NCBI GenBank assembly: GCA_016932255.1
Contig: JAFGDE010000007.1
Coordinates: forward strand, 269-64,268
DNA: 64,000 bases
Reading direction: 5' to 3'
DNA from: Candidatus Saganbacteria bacterium
Lineage (GTDB): Bacteria; Margulisbacteria; WOR-1; O2-12-FULL-45-9
Made by a program: the position numbers and the translations under genes. The notes beneath the pieces are model-generated. The model had not been told where the DNA came from. It was given only the letters and a program-made list of their open reading frames with translations, and did no database searches. Positions 8,052 through 16,739 of this stretch are shown in pieces (the first letter of the stretch is position 1; every line of letters begins with the position of its first letter).

Positions 8052-8990
8052 ATGAGGCTTTCCCAGCTCGGCGAGTTCGGCCTGATCGAACTGCTCAAAA
8101 AGTCATCTGCTAAACGTAAAGATACCGTCATCGGTATCGGGGATGACTGTGCTGTTTTACAACTTAAAACTCAAGGATCAAAACGCAAAACTAATGAACT
8201 AATATTAGTAACTACAGATACATTGGTTGAAGACGTGCACTTTCGTCTCCGGGATGTTTCTTTTTACGATCTCGGCTACTACGCCTTATTCATCAATATC
8301 TCTGATATTGCCTCGATGGGCGGCCAGCCCACGCACGCGTTTGTCACGATCGGCGCGCCGGCCGATACCAATGTGCGCAATATCAAGTCGCTCTATCATG
8401 GGCTGGGCCGGCTGGCCAAAAAATATAAACTAGAAATTACCGGTGGAGATACGATCGCCTCGGACAAACTGATCGTTTCGATAACTTTACTGGGAACAGC
8501 GTTAAAGAGATATCTGCTGACCAGAGCGGGCGCTAGGCCGGGCGATATGATCTTGGCGACCGGCCAGTTCGGCGGGCCGGCAGCCAATAATTACCGCATT
8601 CCTCATTCAACGCAATTGGTCCCCAAAGTTGAGCTGGCGCAAAAGATCGCCAAAAGCAAGCTGGCGACCGCGATGATCGATTCCAGCGACGGCCTGGCCA
8701 GGTCTGTTATGGAGCTATGCTGCTCAAGCAAAACTGGTGCCTTGATATTTGAAGACGAGATCCCCAGGGCCAAGGGCGCCAGCCGGCACCAGGCCCTGCA
8801 CGGCGGCGAAGAATATGAGCTGGTCTTTACCGCGCCGGCAAATAACGTCAGCAAGCTCAGCCGGTTATTGAAAGGAACAGAGCTTTCGGTCGTGGGGCAG
8901 ATCCGGCCGCAAAGCAAGGCTGTCTGCTTGCTGGCCAGCGACGGCCGCACGGTCAAATTAACCAAAGCCGGGTTCGAGCATTTTAAATAA
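8052..8990 (+). CDS. thiL: Thiamine-monophosphate kinase
   Basis: MRLSQLGEFGLIELLKK..., IGDDCAVL, DTLVEDVHF and the PurM-like fold pattern. The start was moved to the ATG that precedes the conserved N-terminus. Confidence 0.85.
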   Translation: MRLSQLGEFGLIELLKKSSAKRKDTVIGIGDDCAVLQLKTQGSKRKTNELILVTTDTLVEDVHFRLRDVSFYDLGYYALFINISDIASMGGQPTHAFVTIGAPADTNVRNIKSLYHGLGRLAKKYKLEITGGDTIASDKLIVSITLLGTALKRYLLTRAGARPGDMILATGQFGGPAANNYRIPHSTQLVPKVELAQKIAKSKLATAMIDSSDGLARSVMELCCSSKTGALIFEDEIPRAKGASRHQALHGGEEYELVFTAPANNVSKLSRLLKGTELSVVGQIRPQSKAVCLLASDGRTVKLTKAGFEHFK

Positions 8991-9003
8991 TATGGGTTCT
9001 GGG

Positions 9004-9023
9004 CCTGCCTGCCGGCAGGCAGG
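9004..9023. repeat. 20-bp perfect palindrome CCTGCCTGCCGGCAGGCAGG (copy 1), inside a locally duplicated 14-nt unit
   Basis: Exact self-complementary 20-mer. Its context is GGTTCTGGG[palindrome]TACTAGGTTCTGGGTACTAGG. An identical 20-mer occurs at 21027-21046. Confidence 0.9.
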
Positions 9024-9044
9024 TACTAGGTTCTGGGTACTAGG

Positions 9045-10145
9045 ATGATAAATAAGATAAGACTAATTAACACTTTTAAAAAACTGGTCAGGATCGACAG
9101 CCTGTCGTATCACGAGGGCAGGGTCATGGCCTTTATTAAAAAAGAGCTTCGTTCCCTGGGATTGAAACCTTACGAAGCCGGCAAACCAAAAGAAGGCCAC
9201 GCGGCTAATCTGGTCGTTGACCTGCCGGGCAGGCGTCCCAGGATAATACTCAATGCCCATGTTGACACGGTCACTCCTGGCAAGAACATCAAGCCTGTTC
9301 AGCGGGGCAATAAGATCTTCTCAGATGGGGCGACCGTACTGGGTGCTGATGACAAGACCGGGGTGGCTGTGATCCTTGAGATCCTTCGCGTGCTCAAGAA
9401 AAGAAAAAAACCGCATCCATCACTGCGGGTGATCTTTACTGTGGCTGAGGAGATCGGCCTGGTCGGGGCCAGGGCATTGCCTAAAAAACTGCTTTCGGCG
9501 GATTTTGGCATCACGCTGGACCATGGTGAGATTAACCGGATAATTAACAAGGCGCCGGCCCAGGTCAACCTCATGGCAACTATCACCGGCCGGGCTGCCC
9601 ACGCGGGTATTCATCCGGAACGGGGCATCAATGCGATCAAGGTGGCTTCCGTTGCCATCGCCAATATGAAGTTCGGCCGTATCGATAAAGAAACGACCAG
9701 CAATATCGGTGTGATCAAAGGCGGCAAAGCGACCAATATCGTGCCGGATAAGGTCGAGATAAGGGGCGAGGCCCGCAGTCACGATCCAGCCAAGCTCTGG
9801 GCACAGATCAAACAGATGCAGAAGGTCCTTAGCCGGACCAGTTCAAAATACAAAGCAAAGCTAAAGATCAGGACGACCAAGATCTATGGTTCTTTTGAGG
9901 TCCATAAGCGGCAGAAAGTGGTCAAGCTGGTGCTGGCCGCGGTAAAACGGGCGGGGTTCAAACCGCAATTGATCCCGACTGGTGGCGGCTCAGACGCCAA
10001 TATACTCAATGCCGCTGGCATCCCGACTCTGAACATGGGCGTGGGCATGCATCGCGTACATACGAAACAGGAATTCGCCGACATTAGTGAGATGGTCAGG
10101 GGCGCGGAGATTGTCCTGGATATCATAACGGAGTGTGCCAAATGA
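9045..10145 (+). CDS. M20-family metallopeptidase (peptidase T-like)
   Basis: Metal-ligand motifs NAHVDTV, GADDKTG and AEEIGLVGA. 366 aa. Confidence 0.8.
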   Translation: MINKIRLINTFKKLVRIDSLSYHEGRVMAFIKKELRSLGLKPYEAGKPKEGHAANLVVDLPGRRPRIILNAHVDTVTPGKNIKPVQRGNKIFSDGATVLGADDKTGVAVILEILRVLKKRKKPHPSLRVIFTVAEEIGLVGARALPKKLLSADFGITLDHGEINRIINKAPAQVNLMATITGRAAHAGIHPERGINAIKVASVAIANMKFGRIDKETTSNIGVIKGGKATNIVPDKVEIRGEARSHDPAKLWAQIKQMQKVLSRTSSKYKAKLKIRTTKIYGSFEVHKRQKVVKLVLAAVKRAGFKPQLIPTGGGSDANILNAAGIPTLNMGVGMHRVHTKQEFADISEMVRGAEIVLDIITECAK

Positions 10146-10702
10146 CCGAACTCAAGGAAAAAACGATTAAGACAGAACGTTTATATAAAGGCTCGCTGCT
10201 GGGCCTGAAAAAAGACACGGTGGAATTACCAAACGGCAGACAATCCACGAGAGAGATAGTCGAGCATCCAGGCGCGGTTGCTGTCGTTGCCGTGACCAAG
10301 GACCAGGAACTGGTCCTGGTGCGGCAATACAGGATGCCGACCAAGGAAATTCTGCTGGAGGTGCCGGCTGGTGTGCCGCTTAAAGGTGAAAAAGCTGAAG
10401 CAGCGGCGCTGCGGGAGTTGGAGGAGGAGACCGGTTACAGGGCGAAAAAAGTCAAAAAGATCTGTGAAGGCTATGCTTCTCCCGGCTATTCGGATGAATT
10501 GATCCAATTCTGTCTGGCCCTGGACCTTGAGCAGGTCAAGCAGAACCTGGACGAAGATGAGTTCGTTGAGCCTGTGCTGATCGATCTTGAGGCAGCGGCT
10601 GATATGCTCGAGCGCGGCCAGGTCCGGGATAATAAGACCATGGTCGGTATCCATATCGCCCAACTGTATATCGAGGGCAAACTGGATGAAAGAACAAGTT
10701 AA
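10142..10702 (+). CDS. NUDIX hydrolase (ADP-ribose pyrophosphatase-like)
   Basis: Nudix box ...GVPLKGEKAEAAALRELEEETGY.... ATGA overlap with the upstream stop. The alternative start is 10133. Confidence 0.8.
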   Translation: MTELKEKTIKTERLYKGSLLGLKKDTVELPNGRQSTREIVEHPGAVAVVAVTKDQELVLVRQYRMPTKEILLEVPAGVPLKGEKAEAAALRELEEETGYRAKKVKKICEGYASPGYSDELIQFCLALDLEQVKQNLDEDEFVEPVLIDLEAAADMLERGQVRDNKTMVGIHIAQLYIEGKLDERTS

Positions 10703-11561
10703 GGATTTTCTGGAGTTCATCAAGATTGAACGCGGTTATTCCGAGAACACGGTCCGCTCATACCAGCGCGACCTTGATAATTTCATGAAGTTCGCCAAGG
10801 GCAAAGACGCAGGCAAGGTCGACCGCCAGACCATTAAAGATCATCTTGAGCACCTCTACGAGGCCGGCTTTTCCGTTGCTTCGACCGAGCGCAAGCTGGC
10901 TTGTCTTAAATCATTTTTCCATTATCTCTTGAGAGAGGACAGGATCAAGGTTGATCCGACATCTGACATCAAACTGCCTAAAAAAGCCAAGAGGCTGCCT
11001 AAAGCCCTGAGCATCAGCGAAACGATCAAGCTGATCTCCGCGCCCAGGGAAAAGAACTATCTGGCCCTGCGCGACGCGGCCCTGCTGGAACTGCTTTATG
11101 CTTCCGGCATGAGGGTGTCCGAAGCCGCGGGCCTCAACGTTGCCGACATCAACTTTTCCGTGTCCTTTGTCAAATGCCTGGGCAAAGGCTCAAAAGAGCG
11201 CATCGTGCCGCTGAATAAGGTTACGCTTAAGGCTATTCAGGAATATCTGGACAAGGCCAGGCCGCAGTACCCGCAAAAGGACAAGGAAGCCTTGTTCCTG
11301 GACAAGAATGGCAAAAGATTGACCCGCCAGGGCATTTGGCTGGTCATCAAAAAATATGTTAAGCTATCAGGGGTCAAAGGCAAGACCTCGCCGCATACCT
11401 TGCGGCATTCATTTGCCACGCATCTTTTGGAAAAAGGGGCGGACCTGCGGTCGGTCCAGGAAATGCTCGGGCACGCTGACATCGCGACCACGCAGATCTA
11501 TACGTCGGTCTCGCGGGAGCGGTTGAAGAGGATGTACAAGAAGGCACATCCAAGGGCGTAG
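10686..11561 (+). CDS. Tyrosine site-specific recombinase, XerC/XerD family
   Basis: N-terminal SAM-like domain (FLEFIKIERGYSENTVRSYQRDL). C-terminal catalytic residues sit in ...HTLRHSFATHLL...GHADIATTQIYT.... The start was moved to the conserved Met. Confidence 0.85.
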   Translation: MKEQVKDFLEFIKIERGYSENTVRSYQRDLDNFMKFAKGKDAGKVDRQTIKDHLEHLYEAGFSVASTERKLACLKSFFHYLLREDRIKVDPTSDIKLPKKAKRLPKALSISETIKLISAPREKNYLALRDAALLELLYASGMRVSEAAGLNVADINFSVSFVKCLGKGSKERIVPLNKVTLKAIQEYLDKARPQYPQKDKEALFLDKNGKRLTRQGIWLVIKKYVKLSGVKGKTSPHTLRHSFATHLLEKGADLRSVQEMLGHADIATTQIYTSVSRERLKRMYKKAHPRA

Positions 11562-11618
11562 CCGGGAAACCTGCGAATTCGCGGTTTCCCGGAGCCGCGA
11601 CGTTCAGTCGCAGGCTCC
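11562..11618. repeat. Inverted pair of REP-like bulged hairpins directly after the xer stop codon
   Basis: CCGGGAAACC-T-GCGAATTCGC-GGTTTCCCGG (11562-11592) and GGAGCC-GCGAC-GTTCA-GTCGC-A-GGCTCC (11591-11618). Confidence 0.8.
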
Positions 11619-11634
11619 CAAATAAGAGGAAAAG

Positions 11635-12264
11635 ATGAGTCTATTATTTTATATTTTGATCGCCGCGATATTGCTTTATTCGATCATCCTGCATGAGCTG
11701 GCTCACGGCAAGGTCGCGCAGATGATGGGGGATAACACCGCGGAAATGTACGGCAGGCTGACGCTCAACCCCATACCGCACCTTGATCCGTTCGGCACGA
11801 TCCTGCCGATCCTGCTGGTCCTGATCGGTTCGCCGATTGTCTTTGGCTGGGCCAAGCCTGTGCCGATCAATCCATATAACTTCAATGATTACCGCAAGGG
11901 CATGATCTGGGTCAGCGCGGCCGGCATCCTGACCAATCTGTTCGTTGCCTGGGTCCTGGCCACGGTCGTTAAGCTGATGCCCGCGGCAACTGATAATCTG
12001 ACTTATGCGATACAAACTGCGCTGATCTTTGGCGTGCGTATTAACATTGTCCTGGCGATATTCAATCTGATCCCGATCCCGCCGCTGGACGGCTCGCGCC
12101 TCCTGGCCATGTTCCTGCCGTACCAGTATTCCCAGTATATCGCCAGGATGGAGCCGTTCGGTTTCTTTATCCTGATCTTTATCCTGATGTTCCCGCCGAC
12201 CCAGGCTTTGCTTTGGGGTATAATTAGTTTTGTTTACGGCTTGATGATGATGAAGTTATTATAA
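11635..12264 (+). CDS. Site-2 protease family (M50) membrane metalloprotease
   Basis: HELAHG zinc motif in TM1, a polytopic membrane profile and the LIPIPPLDG motif. Confidence 0.7.
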   Translation: MSLLFYILIAAILLYSIILHELAHGKVAQMMGDNTAEMYGRLTLNPIPHLDPFGTILPILLVLIGSPIVFGWAKPVPINPYNFNDYRKGMIWVSAAGILTNLFVAWVLATVVKLMPAATDNLTYAIQTALIFGVRINIVLAIFNLIPIPPLDGSRLLAMFLPYQYSQYIARMEPFGFFILIFILMFPPTQALLWGIISFVYGLMMMKLL

Positions 12265-12355
12265 CCTCACCCCTTTCTTGCGACTAACGTCGCAATTCAT
12301 TCCCCTCTCCATCTCCGATGGAGAGGTGTGTCCGCCGAAGGCGGACGGGGTGAGG
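12265..12355. other. 91-nt element predicted to fold as a four-way junction (a closing stem plus three hairpins)
   Basis: Closing stem CCTCACCCC (12265-12273) / GGGGTGAGG (12347-12355). Hairpins are TTGCGAC-TAAC-GTCGCAA (12278-12295), CCTCTCCAT-CTCCG-ATGGAGAGG (12304-12326) and GTCCGCC-GAA-GGCGGAC (12330-12346). All stems are perfect. Confidence 0.7.
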
Positions 12356-12366
12356 CCGGGAAAAAG

Positions 12367-13542
12367 ATGGACTATCTGAAATATTTATCATCCCTGGAAA
12401 AATTCGGCATGAACCTGGGTTTGGACCGGATCCGTGCTATTCTGTCCAGGCTTGGCCATCCGGAAGTTGATTTCCAATCCATCCACATTACCGGGACCAA
12501 CGGCAAGGGCTCAACAGCGGCCATGATCGCTTCGATCCTCAAACAAGCCGGCTACAGGGTGGGGCTTTATACGTCCCCTCATATCTATGATTACACTGAA
12601 CGCATCAAGGTCAACGGCCAGGAGATAAGTAAACAGGCCCTGAGTTCAGCTTTACAAAAGGTCCGCCGGGCTGCCCGCGGGTCCAAAGAACAGCCAACTG
12701 TCTTTGAGGTCCTGACCGCGGCGGCATTTTTATTTTTTTCGCAAAAGAAGATCGATATTGCGGTGCTTGAAGTGGGTTTAGGCGGTCGGCTGGACGCGAC
12801 CAATGTGGTCTATCCGCTGGTTTCGGTCATCACTAACATCGATCTGGAGCATACAGAAGTGTTGGGCAAGTCGCTCAAAAAGATCGCCACGGAGAAGGCT
12901 GCTATCATCAAACCCGGCGTGCCGGTCGTTACTGCTGAGAAAAAGGCCGAGCCGCTCAATGTCATCAGACGATCGGCCCAAAAAGCCGGCGCGACCCTGG
13001 TCCAGGTCCAGGGTTATGATTCAGCCAGGATCCCGCATCTGCTCGGCCAACACCAGAAACTCAACGCTGCCTGCGCTGTGGCCGCTGTCAGGCTTTCAGG
13101 TGCTATCGTCACCCGCGCCCAGATCAAGCGGGGATTGCAAAAGACGCAGTGGCCGGGACGCTATCAGATCATCTCGCGCAAACCCTTGACCATCATGGAT
13201 GGCGCGCATAACCCGGCCGGGATCAGGGCCCTGGTCCGGACCATCAAGGATAACTGCCCCGGCAAGTACACGGTCATCTTTGGCTGCCAGTCGGTCAAGG
13301 ACTTTAAGGTGATGATAAAGGAGCTAAAGCCGGTGACAGGTGAGCTAATCATCACCAGGTCAAGCCATCCCAAGGCTGCTAACCCGGCTAAGTTGGTTAA
13401 GGCTGCCAGGGCGCTGAAGCAGCCGGTCCATGTAGCACATTCCCTGGCCGAGGCCCTGGAAAGGGCAGATGCTGCAACTCCACTGCTGGTCACTGGTTCG
13501 ATCTTCCTGGTGGCTGATTTCTCCAAGCTGCTACAACCTTAG
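12367..13542 (+). CDS. folC: Folylpolyglutamate synthase / dihydrofolate synthase
   Basis: HITGTNGKGST P-loop and Mur-ligase-family architecture. The start was moved to MDYLKYL, because the upstream codons of the tracked ORF are encoded by the hairpin element. Confidence 0.85.
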   Translation: MDYLKYLSSLEKFGMNLGLDRIRAILSRLGHPEVDFQSIHITGTNGKGSTAAMIASILKQAGYRVGLYTSPHIYDYTERIKVNGQEISKQALSSALQKVRRAARGSKEQPTVFEVLTAAAFLFFSQKKIDIAVLEVGLGGRLDATNVVYPLVSVITNIDLEHTEVLGKSLKKIATEKAAIIKPGVPVVTAEKKAEPLNVIRRSAQKAGATLVQVQGYDSARIPHLLGQHQKLNAACAVAAVRLSGAIVTRAQIKRGLQKTQWPGRYQIISRKPLTIMDGAHNPAGIRALVRTIKDNCPGKYTVIFGCQSVKDFKVMIKELKPVTGELIITRSSHPKAANPAKLVKAARALKQPVHVAHSLAEALERADAATPLLVTGSIFLVADFSKLLQP

Positions 13543-13594
13543 ACCTTGACAGTGAATTTCCCTCCCTTTTATACTATATTGAACAGGATTAAAA

Positions 13595-14596
13595 ATGATC
13601 TTTAGAACTTTTTTGCCGCTTGTTGTGCTCTGTATATTACAGCTGTCATCTTTTGCTGAAAGCCAGGTCGTGCCGCTGCAGCGGAGCGGCAGCGAGCCTT
13701 ATTTCGCCAGCCCCAGACTGATACTGGACGCGATCGAATATGACACAGCCGTATTGCAGATCGATGCCCGGCAGCCCGGCAATGCCAGATTGTTCTTTGC
13801 CACATCGTATGACCCCAGGTTTGAGCCGTATAAAAGCCTGGCTTTTACCTTGAAGCAGGGGACGCATACGTATTATTTAGATTTTGGCGGCCGCAGCCGC
13901 GAATGGATGGGCTGGATCAGCGGTCTGGTCCTGGTCCCGGAGATCGACCCGGCTCTGATTAAGATAAGATCGGCCAGCCTGGGAAAAGGCGATATTTTCA
14001 CGGTTTGTTTGGCTGCCTGGCAGGAATTCATGCAGCTGGAAACGATCAAGGGCCTGACGGTCAACTTGATCAGGGGGCAGACGGTCAGGGGCAGGCCGGT
14101 CAATTATTACGCCTATAGCTTGATGGTTCTGGCTTTCTTTTTCATAATGATCCGGAGCGGGGTCCTGGCATATAAGCAAGGCTGGGCCGCTTTTTGGCCG
14201 CGCCTGAGGGAGCGGCTGGGATTTTTAGTGCTTGTGGCTCTGGCAGTGCTGGCCGTTCTTGAGATGCGGATGTGGTGCGATCATCTGAAGATCGCTGGCG
14301 CTGACCGCGCACAATTCTGGGGCAAGACACTCGATGAGAAACGCGACCTGACCATGGGCGGGAATTATTATGAATTTATGAGATTTAGTAATAAGGTCCT
14401 GCCTGAGCGGGTCGATGTTGCTGTGTCGGCGGCAGGTGATTTTTACCGCAGCCGGGGCCCTTATTATCTCTATCCCCATCGGGTAGTGCCTGACGCGCCG
14501 TATTTGATCGTATTTTATAAGCCTGCGGAGAAGGAGCAGGATTACGCTGTCTTTGCCAAGTTCGCTGAAGGCGCGTATATACTGAAAAAGAAATGA
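13595..14596 (+). CDS. Hypothetical membrane protein (signal peptide, internal TM segments)
   Basis: 333-aa ORF with an N-terminal signal-like segment and two central hydrophobic helices. The stop overlaps the next gene. No motif recognised. Confidence 0.5.
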   Translation: MIFRTFLPLVVLCILQLSSFAESQVVPLQRSGSEPYFASPRLILDAIEYDTAVLQIDARQPGNARLFFATSYDPRFEPYKSLAFTLKQGTHTYYLDFGGRSREWMGWISGLVLVPEIDPALIKIRSASLGKGDIFTVCLAAWQEFMQLETIKGLTVNLIRGQTVRGRPVNYYAYSLMVLAFFFIMIRSGVLAYKQGWAAFWPRLRERLGFLVLVALAVLAVLEMRMWCDHLKIAGADRAQFWGKTLDEKRDLTMGGNYYEFMRFSNKVLPERVDVAVSAAGDFYRSRGPYYLYPHRVVPDAPYLIVFYKPAEKEQDYAVFAKFAEGAYILKKK

Positions 14597-16005
14597 TGAT
14601 CATTTTGCTTGGTTTGAGCTTGCTTTTCCCTTTACTGCTGGGTTACTGCATAGTAGCCCTGGTCTTGCGCAACAGGACCATCAGCCCGGCGCTGGAGCGT
14701 TTTGCCTGGGCTTTTGGCCTTGGCACGGCTTTCCTAACCATGGTCATGTTCATTTTGGTGCTGTTAAAAGTGCCTTTAACATTGGCCAATATAATTTTGC
14801 CCTGCTTAGTCTTGCTCTGTCCGGCCCTGTTCCTTATCATTAAAAAACGTTATCCTTTATTCGGCCTTTTTAGCCTGTCGGCGACGTTTAGAAGCGTGTT
14901 AATAGCTGACAAGGAGCAGGGCAGGCTGGTCTACTGGAGTGAGCGAACATTACTGCTGGCGGTCATCCTGAAGATAGGTTATGTGTTCTTTGAGGCCTTG
15001 ATCAAGCCGGTGGTGGCCTGGGATGCCTGGACCAGCTGGGCGTTCAAGGCAAGGATCTTCTTTATCGACAAAGTGCCTCTGGTCTCATATTTCGAACGAT
15101 ATCCTATTGGCATCAAGGATTACCCTCTGCATATCCCGTTCCTTGAGACCTGGATCTACAATTGTCTTGGTGTGTGGAATGACCAGGTGGTAAAGATCAT
15201 TTTCCCTTTATATTTTGTCTGTTTGCTGCTGATCTTGTACTACGGTTTACGGCGCCTGTTGCCGCGACTTAATTCGCTGATCTTCACTTTTGTGCTCTCA
15301 GCCCTGCCGTTTTTGACCTATCACGCCACGATCAGCTACGCTGATTTTCCTTTGGCTTTTTATTATTTGGCCGGCCTGATGCTGCTCTATCTCTTTATGG
15401 CATCAAAGGATAAAAGCTTCCTGCTGCTTTCCATGCTCTATCTGGGTTGCCTGCCCTGGGTCAAAAAAGAGGGCATGCTGCTGCTGGCGGTCGTGCTCTT
15501 TGTCTATTTGCTCTATCTCTTCTTTGAAAAAGATGGGGCTTCATTTAAAGATAAGCTGCTAAGCGACTTGAAGTATTTGGTCGTGCCGCTGTTGCTCAGC
15601 GCTCCCTGGGCATTGTTCAAGACCGCTATGGGCATCGGCGCCAACCGCGACCAGCGGCCGTATTTGCCGGCTTTTTCCGTTCTGGCCGAGCGCCTGGTCA
15701 ATTTGCTGCGGATCTCCGGCGAAAAGATGTTCTTCAGCGGCAACTGGAACATACTTTGGGCATTGTTCTTTCTGGTCGGGGCGATATACTTTTGGCGGAT
15801 CATCTCCAGCAAGGCCAAATATCTTTTCCTTACAGTGCTGCTTAACCTGGCCGCCCTGGCCGCGATCTATCTTTTTACCGATAGTTATAAATACCTGCTT
15901 GACGGTACGACCCTTAACCGCAATATGCTCACTTTTATCCCGTCGCTGGTCCTGTGCCTTGCCGTTGGTGTGCCTGCTGCGCTGTTCGGGACGGAGCGTT
16001 CATAA
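14593..16005 (+). CDS. Polytopic membrane protein, GT-C-fold glycosyltransferase-like (ArnT/PMT-type)
   Basis: 470 aa with about 12 hydrophobic helices. It is operonic with a GT2 polyprenyl-phosphate glycosyltransferase and DUF2304, an arrangement typical of lipid-carrier-dependent periplasmic glycosylation. The assignment rests on topology and context only. Confidence 0.5.
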   Translation: MMIILLGLSLLFPLLLGYCIVALVLRNRTISPALERFAWAFGLGTAFLTMVMFILVLLKVPLTLANIILPCLVLLCPALFLIIKKRYPLFGLFSLSATFRSVLIADKEQGRLVYWSERTLLLAVILKIGYVFFEALIKPVVAWDAWTSWAFKARIFFIDKVPLVSYFERYPIGIKDYPLHIPFLETWIYNCLGVWNDQVVKIIFPLYFVCLLLILYYGLRRLLPRLNSLIFTFVLSALPFLTYHATISYADFPLAFYYLAGLMLLYLFMASKDKSFLLLSMLYLGCLPWVKKEGMLLLAVVLFVYLLYLFFEKDGASFKDKLLSDLKYLVVPLLLSAPWALFKTAMGIGANRDQRPYLPAFSVLAERLVNLLRISGEKMFFSGNWNILWALFFLVGAIYFWRIISSKAKYLFLTVLLNLAALAAIYLFTDSYKYLLDGTTLNRNMLTFIPSLVLCLAVGVPAALFGTERS

Positions 16006-16739
16006 TGGCGGCAGCAACCGGTCCCAGGGTCTTGGTCATCATTCCAGCATACAACGAGGCGGCCTCGATCGCCGGCGTTGTGGCAAAGGTTTGCCGGACG
16101 CCTGTTCAGGCAGATCTGCTGGTCGTCAATGACGGCTCCCTTGACGCTACTGCCGGATTGGCCAGGCAGGCGGGCGCTGTTGTGCTGGACCTGCCTTTTA
16201 ACCTGGGGATCGGCGTGGCAAGACAGACCGGTTACCAGTATGCTGAAAGCAAGAACTATGATATAGCAGTGCAGATGGACGCTGACGGCCAGCATGATCC
16301 GGACGATATCATGACACTGGTTGAAGCTTTGCTCAAAGACCGCCAGGCCGATATCGTTATTGGTTCCCGTTTTTTTGACCGGCAGGGTTACCGGTCAACG
16401 ATTTTTCGGAAACTTGGCATCGGCATCTTAAAGGCCCTGTTAAAATTGTTCTTTGGCCTCAAGGTCGGTGACCCGACATCCGGCTTTCAGGCGGTTGACC
16501 GGCAAGCGATCGAGCTCTTCAGCCGGATATATCCAACGGATTTCCCGGAAGTTGAAGCTCTAGCTTTGGCCAGACGCCACGGCTTAAAGATCACTGAAGT
16601 CCCTGTGAGCATGCTGCGCCGGCAGGGCGGGAGCTCGTCCATAACGCCGCTTAAAGCGGCCTATTATATGATAAAGGTTCCCTTGTCTTTGTTCATTGCT
16701 TTTATCAAAGGGGAGCCGCAAGGAGGGGACAATGGATAG
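16005..16739 (+). CDS. Family-2 glycosyltransferase (polyprenyl-phosphate sugar synthase-like)
   Basis: VIIPAYNEAASI, VVNDGSLD and QMDADGQHDP (DxD-type) motifs. TAATG overlap with the upstream gene. Confidence 0.85.
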   Translation: MAAATGPRVLVIIPAYNEAASIAGVVAKVCRTPVQADLLVVNDGSLDATAGLARQAGAVVLDLPFNLGIGVARQTGYQYAESKNYDIAVQMDADGQHDPDDIMTLVEALLKDRQADIVIGSRFFDRQGYRSTIFRKLGIGILKALLKLFFGLKVGDPTSGFQAVDRQAIELFSRIYPTDFPEVEALALARRHGLKITEVPVSMLRRQGGSSSITPLKAAYYMIKVPLSLFIAFIKGEPQGGDNG

